Assembly (NCBI RefSeq): GCF_018350175.1
Contig: NC_058373.1
Location: 70,804,001-70,868,000 of the forward strand
DNA from: Felis catus
Lineage: Eukaryota
Length of the DNA stretch: 64,000 bases
Direction of reading: 5' to 3'
In this document: positions 1 to 12,053 of the stretch, piece by piece
Layout: each line of letters begins with the position of its first letter
Position numbering within the stretch: position 1 is the stretch's first letter
The notes under the pieces: model-generated
Told to the model about the DNA's origin: nothing
Databases searched by the model: none
What the model saw: only the letters and a program-made list of their open reading frames with translations
Program-made: the position numbers and the translations under genes

Positions 1-590
1 TAGGGGACTTTAACACCCCAGTTACATCAATGGACAGATCATCCAAACAAAATCAACAAGGAAACAGTAGCTTTGAATGGCACACTGCACCAGTTGGATT
101 TAGCAGACATATTCAGAACATTCCATCCTAAAACAGCAGAATACACATTCTTTTCAAGTGTACACAGAACATTCTCTAGAACAGATCCCATATTGGGTCA
201 CAAAACAAGTCGGAACAAATTCAAAAAAATCAAAGTCATACCATACATCTTTCCTGACCAAAACACTATAAAACTAGAAATCAACCACAAGAGAAAATCT
301 GGGAAGACCACAAATACATGGAGCTTAAATAACATGCTGCTTAACAATGGGTCAACCACAAAATCAAGGAAGAAATAAAAAATTATATGGAAACAAAGGA
401 AAATGAAAACACAATGATCCAAAATCTTTGGCAGGCAACAAAAGTGGTTTTAAGAGGGAAGTCAGAAAGCAAGAAAACCTCCGGAAGCAAGAAAAATATC
501 AAACTAACCTTACACCTAAAGGAGCTAGAAAAAGAACAAGGAAAACCCAAACCCATCAAAAGAAAGGCAATAATAAAAATTAGAGCAGAA

Positions 591-727
591 GGGCGCCTAG
601 GTGGCTCAGTTGGTTAAGCATCCTGATTTCAGCTCAGGTCCTGATCTCAGGGTTTGTGAGATGGAGCTGCACTGACAACATGGAGCCTGCTCGAGATTCT
701 CTCTTTCCCCTCTCTCTGCCCTTCCCC

Positions 728-773
<46 letters not shown>

Positions 774-798
774 TAAATAAATAAATATTAAAAATAAA
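591..798 (+). mobile_element. Carnivore tRNA-derived SINE (SINEC) nested in L1
   Basis: GGGCGCCTAGGTGGCTCAGTTGGTTAAG head, (CT)n, AATAAA tail; target-site duplication (TSD) TAGAGCAGAA at 581-590 and 799-808. Confidence 0.93.
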
Positions 799-920
799 TA
801 GAGCAGAAATAAATGATTTATAAACTAAAACAACAATGGAACAGATCAATGAAATCAGGAGGTGGTTCTTTGAAAAGACCAACAAAATTGATAAAGCAAA
901 ATTGATAAGCTGGACTCATC

Positions 921-923
<3 letters not shown>

Positions 924-973
<50 letters not shown>
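924..973. repeat. (GA)n microsatellite
   Basis: About 25 uninterrupted GA units inside the L1. Confidence 0.95.
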
Positions 974-977
<4 letters not shown>

Positions 978-3900
978 TTTGCAGTCTTAGCCAAATAAAT
1001 AAAATCACTAGTGAAGAGGAGAAGTAACAACAAACACCAAGAAATACAAAGGATTATAACAGAATATTATGACAACCTATGTGCCAACAGATTGGACAAC
1101 TTAGAAGAAACAGATAAATTCTTAAAAACATATAACATGCCAAAACCAAAGTAGGAAGAAATAGAAAATTTGAACAGACCAATTACCAGCAATGAAATTT
1201 AATCAGTAATCAAAAAATAAAAATGCAGGACAAGAAGGCTTCACAGACAATTTCTACCAAAAAGTTAAAGAAGAGTTAATACCTATTCCTCTCAAACTAT
1301 TCCAATAATATAAGAGGAAAGAAAACTTCCAAATTCATTCTATGAAGCCAGTATCACCCTGACACCAAAACCAGATAAAGACACCACAAAGAAACAAACC
1401 ATAGAACAGTATCTCATAAATATAGATGCAAAAATCCTCAGCAAAATATTAGCAAACAGAATCCAGCAATACATTTTAAAAAATCATGCACAACTATCAA
1501 GTGGGATTTATTCCTGGGATGCAAGGGCGTTTAATATTCACAAAACAATCAACATGACAGAGCACATCAACAAGAGAAAAGATAAAAACTGTATGATTGT
1601 TTCAATGCAGAAAAAGCATTTGACATAGTACCACATCAATTCATGGTAAAAACCCTCCGCAAGGTAGGTCTAAAGAGAACATACCCCAATATAATAAAGG
1701 CCATGTGTAAAAAACCCATAGCTAACATCACAGTCAATGGAGAAAAACTGAGAGAGCTCTTTCTAAGGTCAAGAACAGGACGGATGTCTACTCTCACCAC
1801 TTTTATTCAACATAGTAAAAGAAGTCTTACCCACAACAATCAGACAACAGAAAGAATTAAAAGGTGTCAAAAGTGATAAGGAAGAAGTAAAACTTTCAGT
1901 ATCTGCAGCTGACGTGATACTATGTATAAAAGCCAGAAGACTCCATCAAAACCTACTAGAACTGATAATAAACTCAGTAAGGTTGCAGGATACAAAATCC
2001 ATGTACAGAAACCTGTTGCATTCCTATGCACTAATAATGAAGTGGCAGAGAATGAAATTAGGAAAACAATCCTATTTACAATTGCACCAAAACCAAGAAA
2101 ATATCTAGAAATGAACTTACCCAAAGAGGTGAAAAATCTGTACACTGAAAATTATAAAACACTACTGAAAGTCAAGATGACCCAAAGAAATGGAAAGACT
2201 TTTTATGCTCCTAGGCTGAAAGAGTAAATATTGTTAAAATGTCCATACTACCCAGAGCAATATACAGATTTAGTGCAATCACTATCAAAATACCAATAGC
2301 ATTTTTCACAAACTAGAACAATCCTAAAATTTGAGTGGATCCACAAAAGACTTCAAATAGCCAAAGCAATCTTGCAAAAGAAAAACCAAACTTGAAATAT
2401 CACAATTCCAGATTTCAGTTATACTACCAAATGGTAGTAATTAAAACACTACGGTAGAGGCATAAAAATAGACATATAAATCAATGGAATAAAATAGAAA
2501 ACCCAGAAATAAACCTATAATTATGTGGTCAATTAATCTTCTACAAAGAAATGAATACACAAAGGGAAAAAGACAGTCTTCAACAAATGGTGCTGGGAAA
2601 ACTGGACAGCTACATGCCAGAGAATGACACCGGACCACTTTCTTACACCATACACAAATTAGATTCAAAATGGATTAAAGACCTACATGTGATACCTGAA
2701 ACTACAAAACTCCTAGAAGAAATCATAAGGAGTAATTTCTTTGATATGTGCTACAGAAACATTTTTCTAGATATGTCTCCTCAGGTAAGTGAAACAAAAG
2801 CAAAAATGAACCATTTGGGACTTCATCAAAATTAAAAAGCTTTTGTGCAGTAAAGGAAACTGAACAAAACAAAAAGGCAACCTGATGAATAGAAGATATT
2901 TTCAAATGATATATCTGATAAGGGGCTAATATTCAAAATATAAAAAGAACTTATACAACTTCACATAAAAAACTTTTTTTAATTAAATAATGGATGGAGA
3001 ACCTGAGACGTACAGATGGCCAATAGACACATGAAAAGACGTTCAACAACTCTAAACATCAGGAAAATGCAAATCAAAACCACAATGAGATATCATCTCA
3101 TACCCACCAGAATGACTAAAATCAAAAACACAAGAAACAACTGGTATTGGCAAGGATGTGGGAAAACAGGAACCCTCTTGTACTGTTGGAAGGAATGCAA
3201 ATTGGTGCAGACACTGTGGAAAACAGTATGAAGCTTACTCAAAAAGTTAAAAACAGAACTACCCCATGATCCAGTAATCACAGTACCAGGTATTTATCCA
3301 AAAAATACAGAAATGCTAATTAAAAGGGGTAAATGTGCCTCTATGTTTATTGCATCATTATTTATAATAGCTGGACTATGGAAGCAGCCCAAGTGTTCAA
3401 CTGATGAATGAAGATGATGTGATATGCACGTGCGCTCATTGAATACCATTCAATCATAAAAAAGAATGAAATATTGCCATTTGCAACAACATGGATAGAT
3501 CTAGAGAGTATAATTCTAAGCGAAATAAGTCGGAGAAGGAAAAATACTATGATTTCACTCATATGTGGAATTTAAGAAACAAAACAAATTAAAGGGAAAA
3601 AATGAGAGAGAGAGACAGACTGTAAACTAAAGAGAACAAACGGATGGTTACCAGGGGTAACCTGGTAGAGGAGGGGTGAAATAGGTGTTAGGGATTAAGG
3701 AGAGCACTTTAATGAAAATAATAATAAAATAACAAAAGGAGAGGAAAATAAAAACATTTCACTCTAATTTACATCCAGCTCACCAAAGAGAAGGGGGAAG
3801 ACTGTCAAATGGAAAGAATAGAGGAAGAGATACATGATATTATAATAATATAAACAGGAAGGGGAAATTAAAAACAAGAACAATTACAAAAACTATATTA

Positions 3901-4015
3901 AGAAAATAGGAAATGAACATGAAAAGACAGACACGGAAATGCATATTTTGTAAAACCTTATATACAAAAAACTCGACAGTAAAAGAAAGTTATTTTTTTA
4001 AAAAATGACACAAAC

Positions 4016-4455
4016 AGCCTTGGTGTTTGTGGCTCTCCTCTGTGGCCAAGGCGCCACCTGCAGTGTGCCCTGAGACCAGCTCCTTCACAGGCTGCAGGTG
4101 CCCCTGCATGGGGGCCAGGGGGAGCTGGGGCTCCGCCCTCCTCTGCCCTGGAAGTCATGGACCTCCTTGCCTCCCCTGTGCCACCACTGCTTTGTGTGGG
4201 GGACATGGCAAAGCACAGGGAGGAGAGGCCCTGCTTGCAGCCCACCCCAGCCCCTAAGTCAACATCCCTGGGCAGCGGCACCATGACCTGAAAGAACAGA
4301 TCTGTCAGGCAAGAGCTGCTGTAATGCATTATGATAAGGCCATTAAGAAGTGGGTGCCAGCCGGTAGCTCCACAGGGTTCAGCAGAGTTTATACATATCA
4401 TCCTACAGGCAATGACACGCTCAGAATGGTGGGCAAGAAAATTCAGGACCATCAG
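4016..4455 (+). pseudogene. ENAH: ENAH (Mena) processed-pseudogene fragment: GC-rich 5'UTR plus N-terminal EVH1 coding sequence
   Basis: 4300-4455 translates to ICQARAAVMHYDKAIKKWVPAGSSTGFSRVYTYHPTGNDTLRMVGKKIQDHQ, 41/52 identical to recalled ENAH residues 6-57. GGCACCATG at 4277-4285 is joined to it without an intron but with a 2-nt frameshift (ATG ACC TGA). The upstream GC-rich tract has only 3 CpG in 4021-4282. Confidence 0.92.
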
Positions 4456-4696
4456 CATTGCAGTGTGGGGGGTAACCTAGTGATATAAAGATGAAGGAAA
4501 CAACTATATGGATTGGAAAGGAAGAAACAAAGCTGACCTTATTCAGTGACAACACAATTGTCTACATTAAAAACCTCAAGAGTATCTGCAGTTAAAATAT
4601 TAGATTAAGCCTGTTGAGCATGTTTACTGGGTAGAAGATCAATTTATAAAAAGCAGTAGCTTTTTTGTATAACTAGCAATAAACAATTTGAAAATA

Positions 4697-5030
4697 CAGT
4701 TGACCCTGGAATAACCTGGGGGTTAGGGGAACCACCTCCCATGCAGTTGATTCTCCATATATAACTTTTAACTACCCCAAATTTTAACTATTAATAGCCA
4801 ACTGTTGACTGGAAGCCTTACCAATAAACATAAATAGTTGATGAACACATGTTTTGTATGTTATGTGTATTATGCATTATATTCTGACAAGAAAGTAAGC
4901 TAGAGAAAAGAAAATGTTATTAAAAAGATCGTAAGAAAGAGAACATAGACTTACAGTACTGTACTGTGTCAAAAAAATGTCCATGTAGAAGTGAACTTGG
5001 TTTAAACCTGTGTTGTTTGAGGATCAACAG
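4697..5030 (+). mobile_element. Tigger2-family (Tigger2a/MER28-like) non-autonomous DNA transposon
   Basis: Termini CAGTTGACCC... and ...GGATCAACAG, flanked by TA at 4695-4696 and 5031-5032; interior matches recalled Tigger2a sequence (GTAAGCTAGAGAAAAGAAAATGTTATT). Confidence 0.88.
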
Positions 5031-5056
5031 TATAATATTAGAAAGATATTGCTTAA

Positions 5057-5547
5057 TTTTTTGAGGAACCTCCACACTGTTTTCCAGAGTGGCTGCACCA
5101 GTTTGCATTCCTACCAACAGTGCAAGAGGGTTCCCATTTCTCCATATCCTTTCAACAATAGCCAAATTATGGAAAGAGCCTAAATGTCCATCAACTGATG
5201 AATGGATAAAGAAATTGTGGTTTATATACACAATGGAGTACTACGTGGCAATGAGAAAGAATGAAACATGGCCTTTTGTAGCAACGTGGATGGAACTGGA
5301 GTGTGTTATGCTAAGTGAAATAAGTCATACAGAGAAAGACAGATACCATGTTTTCACTCTTAGGTGTATGCTGAGAAACTTAACGGAAGACCATGGGGGA
5401 GGGGAAGGAAAAAAAAAAGGGAGGGAGCTAAACCGTAAGAGACTCTTAAAAACTGAGAACAATCTGAGGATTGAGGAGGGTACCTGTTGGGATGAGCACT
5501 GGGTGTTGTATGGAAACCAATTTGACAATAAATTTCATATTTAAAAA
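5057..5547 (+). mobile_element. Young felid L1 3' fragment with 5' inversion
   Basis: 5057-5150 is antisense L1 ORF2; 5151-5547 is sense ORF2 end, 3'UTR and A-tail; TSD AAAGATATTGCTTAA at 5042-5056 and 5548-5562. Confidence 0.92.
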
Positions 5548-5879
5548 AAAGATATTGCTTAAAGTAGCAACAATGTATCTAAGAATAAATCTAATAAATT
5601 GGTTGTCTTTCAAAAAATAAACAAGAAAAGAAACGAACAATGAAATATGGGGAGAAAACTCATCTTGGAGAATGTTACAGTCTATTGCCACCAAAGACTT
5701 AAAATGTGTGGGTTTTTTTTTTTCATAACTATACATAAACAGGGACCTTGTCTTCTAATGTTTGCCATGGCACTTAAAATTAACCTGATGATCTAAACTA
5801 GTTTTCAGAATGGAGACTTCTTATTTCTGCTGGGAAAAATTTATCATTTTAGACAATCTTAGAAACTAAAATCATGAGC

Positions 5880-6530
5880 TAGTTGGCATTATAGTGTCAG
5901 CAATGTAGCACTGAAGGAGGCAAAAAAAAAAAAAAAGTTCCTGGGAATTTGACATTCAAATGCATGGAGAAGACAATAAACAAACACACCAGAAAGGAAA
6001 CATCTGACTGTGATGAGTGTTGGGTAGAAATATAACCAAGTGATATGCTGGAAAGAGTCAGGGAAGAGGCTGCTGTGCTAGGTGAGCTAGCCAGGGAAAG
6101 TCTTGCTGGACAGCTGGCATTTCAACAGATATCTGAATGTCTGGAATAATCCCACTATGTGGATATCTGAAGAGCTGATAGAAGGCCATGAAGAAGGAAG
6201 ACAATGATGCACTAAGCAGCAGAAAGGAAGAGAAAGAAAGAGAAAGGCCACTATGACAAGAGAGTAGTGGCCAAATGGAATTTTTAAAAAGTGTTAGGCA
6301 AGATAGAGAGGAAGGGCCAGATATGGATCAAATGCCAATTGGTCATCATTTCATTTGAGATGTTATAAACGGTGAGTGACAATATCTGATTTACATTTTT
6401 TAAAGATTATTCTGATACTGGTAAAGAATGGGTTTTAGAAGCCTAGAGTAGAAGCAAGGAGACCAGTTAGGGAGCATTTGAAGTACTGTAGACAAGAGAT
6501 GGTGATAGGCTAGGCTAGGAGGTAGAACAA
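5880..6530. mobile_element. L2-like ancient LINE remnant
   Basis: Purine-rich, L2-like sequence (GCAAGGAGACCAGTTAGGGAG...); boundaries approximate. Confidence 0.5.
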
Positions 6531-6536
6531 GAGATG

Positions 6537-6735
6537 GATGCTTAACCAACAGAGCCACTCAGGTTAAGTGTTGGACTCTTGATTTTGGCTCAGGTCATGA
6601 TCTCACAGTTGTGAAATGGAGCCCCAAGTGGGGCTCAGTGCTGGGCATGGAGCCTGCTTAAGATTCTCTCTCCTTCTCCCTCTGCCCCTCCCCCAACCCT
6701 CACCTCTCATTAATTAATTAATTAATTAATTAAAA
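6537..6735 (+). mobile_element. Carnivore SINE with inverted 5' head
   Basis: 6537-6563 reverse-complements to CCTGAGTGGCTCTGTTGGTTAAGCATC (SINE head); a sense SINE body follows from GGTTAAG with a (TTAA)n tail. Confidence 0.8.
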
Positions 6736-6801
6736 CCTACAAAAGTTTTTCCTCTGCAGGTTAACATCAGACTTCTTTCAATAGCAACATAGAAAGTTGT
6801 T

Positions 6802-7025
6802 TTATTTTATTTTAATTTTTTAAATGTCTATTTATTTTTGAAAGAGAGAGAGACAGAGCATGAGCAGGGGAGAGGCAGAGAGCGAGGGAGACACAGAATC
6901 CGAAGCAGGCTCCAGGTTCTGAGCTGAGTGCACAGAACCTGACATGGGGCTTGAACTCATGAACCAGGAGATCATGACCTGAACCGAAGTTGGACGCTCA
7001 ACCAACTGAGCCACACAGGTGCCCC
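6802..7025 (-). mobile_element. Felid SINE (SINEC_Fc-like)
   Basis: Reverse-strand SINE; imperfect TSD AGAAA(G/A)TTGTT at 6791 and 7026. Confidence 0.92.
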
Positions 7026-7541
7026 AGAAAATTGTTGTTTTTTTAAGTGAAGCAATATTTTCAAAAACTTAAAGTATACAAGGATTTTATATAGTCTAAG
7101 CTATCTTTAAAGTCTCAAGACAGTTTTAAACATGCATTAACCCAGAAATTTATATTCATGCATTTTCCCTGTGTAATATTAAGGACAAATTTCTTCCAAC
7201 CAAGAGAACAGTGAGGAGTCTTCAGCAAACAGATAAAACAGGATAGCAGTATCCTTCTGACCAGAGAGGGGAAAACAATGGGACTAAAGGGCATATAGCA
7301 CACCACAAAGATAATGCTAATACCTTTACTTATAAAGGGTGATAGGGTGTGCCTGGGTTTATATTATTATAATTTCTACGCTCATCATATCCTTTAATAG
7401 ATAATAAGACTCCATAAATCAGAAAAAAAAGAAGTCCTATAACAAAATCCTATTTAGGAGATTAAAAATAAGAGAGTTTATAGTAATTGCTTCATATGTC
7501 ATCTCTAGAAGTCAAAGTCTATTATTAAAGCTGTAATTAAA

Positions 7542-7767
7542 GGGGCGCCTGGGTGGCGCAGTCAGTTAAGCGTCTGACTTCAGCCAGGTCACGATCTCGC
7601 ACTCCGTGAGTTCGAGCCCTGCGTCAGGCTCTGGGCTGATGGCTCAGAGCCTGGAGCTTGTTTCCAATTCTGTGTCTCCCTCTCTCTCTGCCCCTCCCCC
7701 GTTCATGCTCTGTCTCTCTCTGTCCCAAAAATAAATAAATGTTGAAAAAAAAGTTTTTTTTTTAAAA
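7542..7767 (+). mobile_element. Young felid SINE (SINEC_Fc)
   Basis: GGGGCGCCTGGGTGGCGCAGTC head; TSD AAAGCTGTAATTAAA at 7527-7541 and 7768-7782. Confidence 0.95.
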
Positions 7768-10700
7768 AAAGCTGTAATTAAATAACTGAAGTATAAGCAA
7801 TAGAAAGGTAAAATTAAGAATGATAAAACTTTTCATCACTACAATCTGGGTTGAAGAAGAGGAAAGAAAGGTTTATACTAATTTTATCTTTGCTCATAAT
7901 ATGGATCTATTGGTATTATTAAAAATTCCAGAAATTATTTTATTATATGATATAAAGACAAATCCTGGAAAAGTGATGTGGCCATCAGCCATATGTGACT
8001 ATTGAGCACTTGAAATGTGGCTATAAGCTGAGGAAATGAAATTTTAAATTTTGTTAGTTAAAATTTTTAAAGTCATATGTAGCCCATGTATTGCATAGCA
8101 CAATTCTAGGATAATACATGAACTTTAACTAATTTAACTTTATATTCTTTCTAATTTATTTGTTATTTTTCATTTTAACCTTGTTTTTTCAGTGTTCTGG
8201 AGTGTCACCCAAACCTGCAACAGGCCTTATGTAAGTGAGAAGTAAACTTCTGATGTGTAAAACCAATGATCTTTCTTTCTGTGGCATAACCTATTAAGTC
8301 TGATAGTCACCCAGAGTTAAAGTAAACCAGTATCCTCACCATCTTCCTGAAAAATACAAAGACTACTACATTTAACTCCAATCACACAACTCTTACGTAA
8401 ATGCTATTTCCATAAACTTTAGTTCTTACTTTTTCTAAACTTCAGAAGTTTGTTTGTTGCTGTTGGTAGTTAAATACAGAAGTTTGTTTAGATTTACCAC
8501 ATACTTGCCATTCTTTTTCTGTCATCTCAAACCTCCCAGCTGGGATCATTTCCTTATTTCAAGCATATCCTACAAAATTCCTCTTAATTTTTTTTTCTTC
8601 CTAAGGATGTTTTTATTTTATTCTCACAGAGTTGATGATTATTTTGTCTCTGAACATTGAATATAACTCATCGTTTTACATTTTTGCTGTTAAAGCAGTC
8701 TGTTGTTAAGGACCTTTCCCTTGAGGGTAATTCCTGCTTTTCTATTCAGATACTTTCAACATCTGCTCAGTTGTCTTTATGGATTTTATGATGTGTCTCA
8801 CATTGTCTCTTCAAAATTGCCTCTGCCACATTTTGTCTACCCTCTTCTCTGGAAACTCTGAACTTTTATTCAGTTCTCAATGTCTCTTACCCTTTCTTTC
8901 ATCCTTTTTATCCCATTTGGCTTCTGCCCTGCAATGTTGGTAGTTTACTCAACTCTATATTCTAGATTACTATTTCTTCTCTGAATGTGTCTAATTTGCA
9001 TTCAGATGCATCTATGGAGTTTTTTAACTGAATCTAAGTTCTCTTTTTCATATAATTTTCCTATTTGTTTTTATAGTGTACTCCTTTTTCACATTTCCAA
9101 CCCTTTTTCTATTTCTCAAAGAATACTCAATATATTCAATTTATATTCTGTAGTGTTTTTTTTTTCTGCTTTTCTGTTGTTCTTCTGGCTCTCACTCACA
9201 GAGCCTTGCTTTCTTGTGTGCTCATGATGTCAAATTGTAAACTCTTATTTCTTATATGTAGAATACTTTAAAAGTCTTGGGATAATGGCAGCATACTCCA
9301 TATGGTATTTGTCTTTCCTTCTATCATGAGGCATTACAACTCTGGAACCAGAAACTGTAAATAAAATTATCAACTAGCAGTGATTCAGACTACTCAGTAG
9401 TATAAACTCAAACTCAAAAAATATGTGTGATCTCACTTATAGTTCATAATTCTTTTTTCTCTTTTTCGCATTTTGGGTGGTGGTTTTTTTTAAAACTTTA
9501 TTTCACCACTACCCTGAGAATATATCCTTTGAGATCTCAGCTTGTTGTGGAATATTTCCTTGTGTGAGCCCAGGGCTTTGTCTCCTATCCATCTCTGTCC
9601 CTACCACACAAACTCTGGCCTTAAAAACAGAACACAAGTTTTCACAATAAAAGATGGTTTTTATTTACCATTTATTTCTCTGGGTTCCCAATTTCATTTG
9701 ATTTCCAGATTCTCAATATTCTATGCTGTCATTTTTTTTTTGCTAGCTAATCAAAGGATTTCAAAACAATGTTTATCCATCATGTGTATTCATTTTTAGT
9801 GACAGGTTCAGTAAAGCTCTCTAATGTGCCACAGACAGAAATAGAATGCAGCTTTATCATTTCTGCATTACAAGGCATGTGGCATTTCATACTGTTTGAT
9901 CATGCAAATCACATTAGTTTCAGTCTTAGATATAGTGTAATATATTTAATATTCAGTACCCATACTTCTGTCCTAGCTCCTCGATCTTCATGACTGATTG
10001 AAGTTTATTCTGATAGTTTCTTCAAGAATTTCTTGAAAACCACATTCCCAGAATTTTGTTTAATGCTTAAACCTGATGGTAGTCATAGCCTTTTAAATTA
10101 AATGCCAGTTTTGCTAGGTATAAAATCTGAGTTTTACACTTACTTGTCTGAAGACTTTTTTCCACCTCACCTTCACTTAATGTTAGTTTATTGTGTTTTG
10201 TAGCAATGCAGGCAGGTGAACTGGCCTGCTTCCAATTGAGCTGGTTGGGTGAAACTTCACAAACTTTGTTAAACAACAACCCCAATCCCTGGGGAAAAAA
10301 AGACTGCCAATAATGTTTGTTTTTCTACTTACAAGTTCTTATATTTTTTAATTTTTAATGAACCTATTCTATTAATTAAAAAAACAGAAGACCTTTATTT
10401 TTGTTTGGATAATAGAGATGTTTTTACCAGCTGTAACAGTAAAGTCCATCTTATTAATATTGAGATACCGTTAATATTTTCTTTACACTGCTATGTTTGA
10501 TATCTTTTCTTCTTATTCCTAGCTTCAATATTTTCAGCAAATATCCTTCAGTAGTAGCAGTATAATAGTGTTTGAAGAGCATATTGAGTCAGTAGTCTTT
10601 TCCCCAAAAACATTCATTCTACCTAAATGAAGAATAAGTGACCAAATGAATACAAGTCTGTCGGGTTCAGATAGAGAGAAATAACAGTAAGGAAATATAA

Positions 10701-12053
10701 AATCTAGATACATAAATTATTTTTTATTGTGTATGTATGTATCTTTTGTGTGTTAGATGGTTTCTTCATGCCCTGTTGTAAAATATTAGAGACGTCTACT
10801 ATTTTATTCATTTCCAGGCAATGAGAAGTCAACTTATAATTCAGGAATCACAAATTCCATCAGTATATTTGGGTTCTTAGAAGAGAAGTCCCTGTCGTTT
10901 TGAAAATGAAAGAGGGTCATCATAGAGAAAACTTCCCACAGCAAAGAATGAACTTTTTGCACCATTATTCTATCCTGTGTACCTGAGGTTTTCATCATTT
11001 TCATTGTTCATTTATCTATTTTCATTCCTAAAGCTAGTCATATACTATTATCAAAGAAAATATAAGACTAAAGCTCACAACAAATAATATGCTCTTTTAT
11101 GGAGAGAACCCTAGTTTTGAAATTGAAAAGTTAATTTAAGTAAATAAATTTATATGAACTCAAATATTCTTTTATATTCTGAAGCACAGTCAATAATTGG
11201 GTTCTTAGTGTCAGCAATAGTAAATTGATCTCTAATAAATAAATCACTAAAAGATTATTAAAACCAATACATCTAGGTCTCTTCCATATGTACTAATGAA
11301 AAAAAAATGGGTTAATGGGAAAGAACTCTGAATTATACGGCTAACAAAAGCAGCACCCTACTAAACTAATTTAACATGAGAAGAAAAATTAGCAAATACA
11401 GAAAACACACAAAAATGGCAAAGGAGATAATAACCTTTTAAAAATCACACAGCTAGATGTCTGTTCATTCTAGTCAGCCTAGAATCCCTTTCCTCCAAGT
11501 CTGCTTTCACACTGGAGGATGTAAGTAGAGACTGGCTATAAGAAGCACTACTTGGCAGGAGACTTCCGCTGGAAAGAGAGGGGTCTCACAGTCTCACATA
11601 GTAACAAACTCTGCTATGAATTCATAAAAATTGCTGTAGGCTGTGATGACAAAATCTTGAGTCTGTCACCAATACTGTTGAGTGGTTGCCACATGAAATA
11701 GGACTTAAAACAGCTTGTGTAAATGAATCCTCAGTTTCCATCATGAATTCTTGGAGTAGGAAAAGATAAAGTACAAAATAATCTGTTTTTGAGTCCCAGG
11801 AAGGTGGATTACCAAACACCATCCCACTGGGCTAGGACTGAACCATGGGAACAATATTTAATTTGGTCACTTGAAGCTACTCATATTCATATGCTAGCCA
11901 CTTACTTCTTCATATTCATAGACAACATGTCTCCCAGGTCTTATTTATTTTATTATTTCTCAACAAACATTCTCCTCACAGCCAAAGCCCCTTCAGAATA
12001 CTCATTCAATAAACAATTAGTGAAAATGTGTTTAGCAGACCATCACTATATGT

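Larger units (their letters stand above)
1..3720 (+). mobile_element. Decayed LINE-1 (carnivore L1MA-like), ORF2 through 3'UTR, running off the window start
   Basis: Frameshifted ORF2 fragments (endonuclease DIFRTFHPKTAEYTFFSSVH, RT region, C-terminal QIKTTMRYHL) followed by an L1 3'UTR and A-rich end near 3710-3735; interrupted by a SINE and a (GA)n tract. Confidence 0.93.
3850..5750 (+). mobile_element. Very old L1M ORF2 remnant hosting several later insertions
   Basis: Segments 3850-4015, 4456-4696 (GATTGGAAAGGAAGAAACAAAGCTG...) and 5563-5750 resemble successive parts of L1 ORF2 on the same strand; boundaries approximate. Confidence 0.6.

Noticed and set aside
3958-4458. 166-aa minus-strand ORF, the longest non-OR ORF in the track
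   Set aside because: It is the antisense of the ENAH retrocopy fragment; GC-rich DNA is poor in stop codons, and the protein has no recognisable family features.
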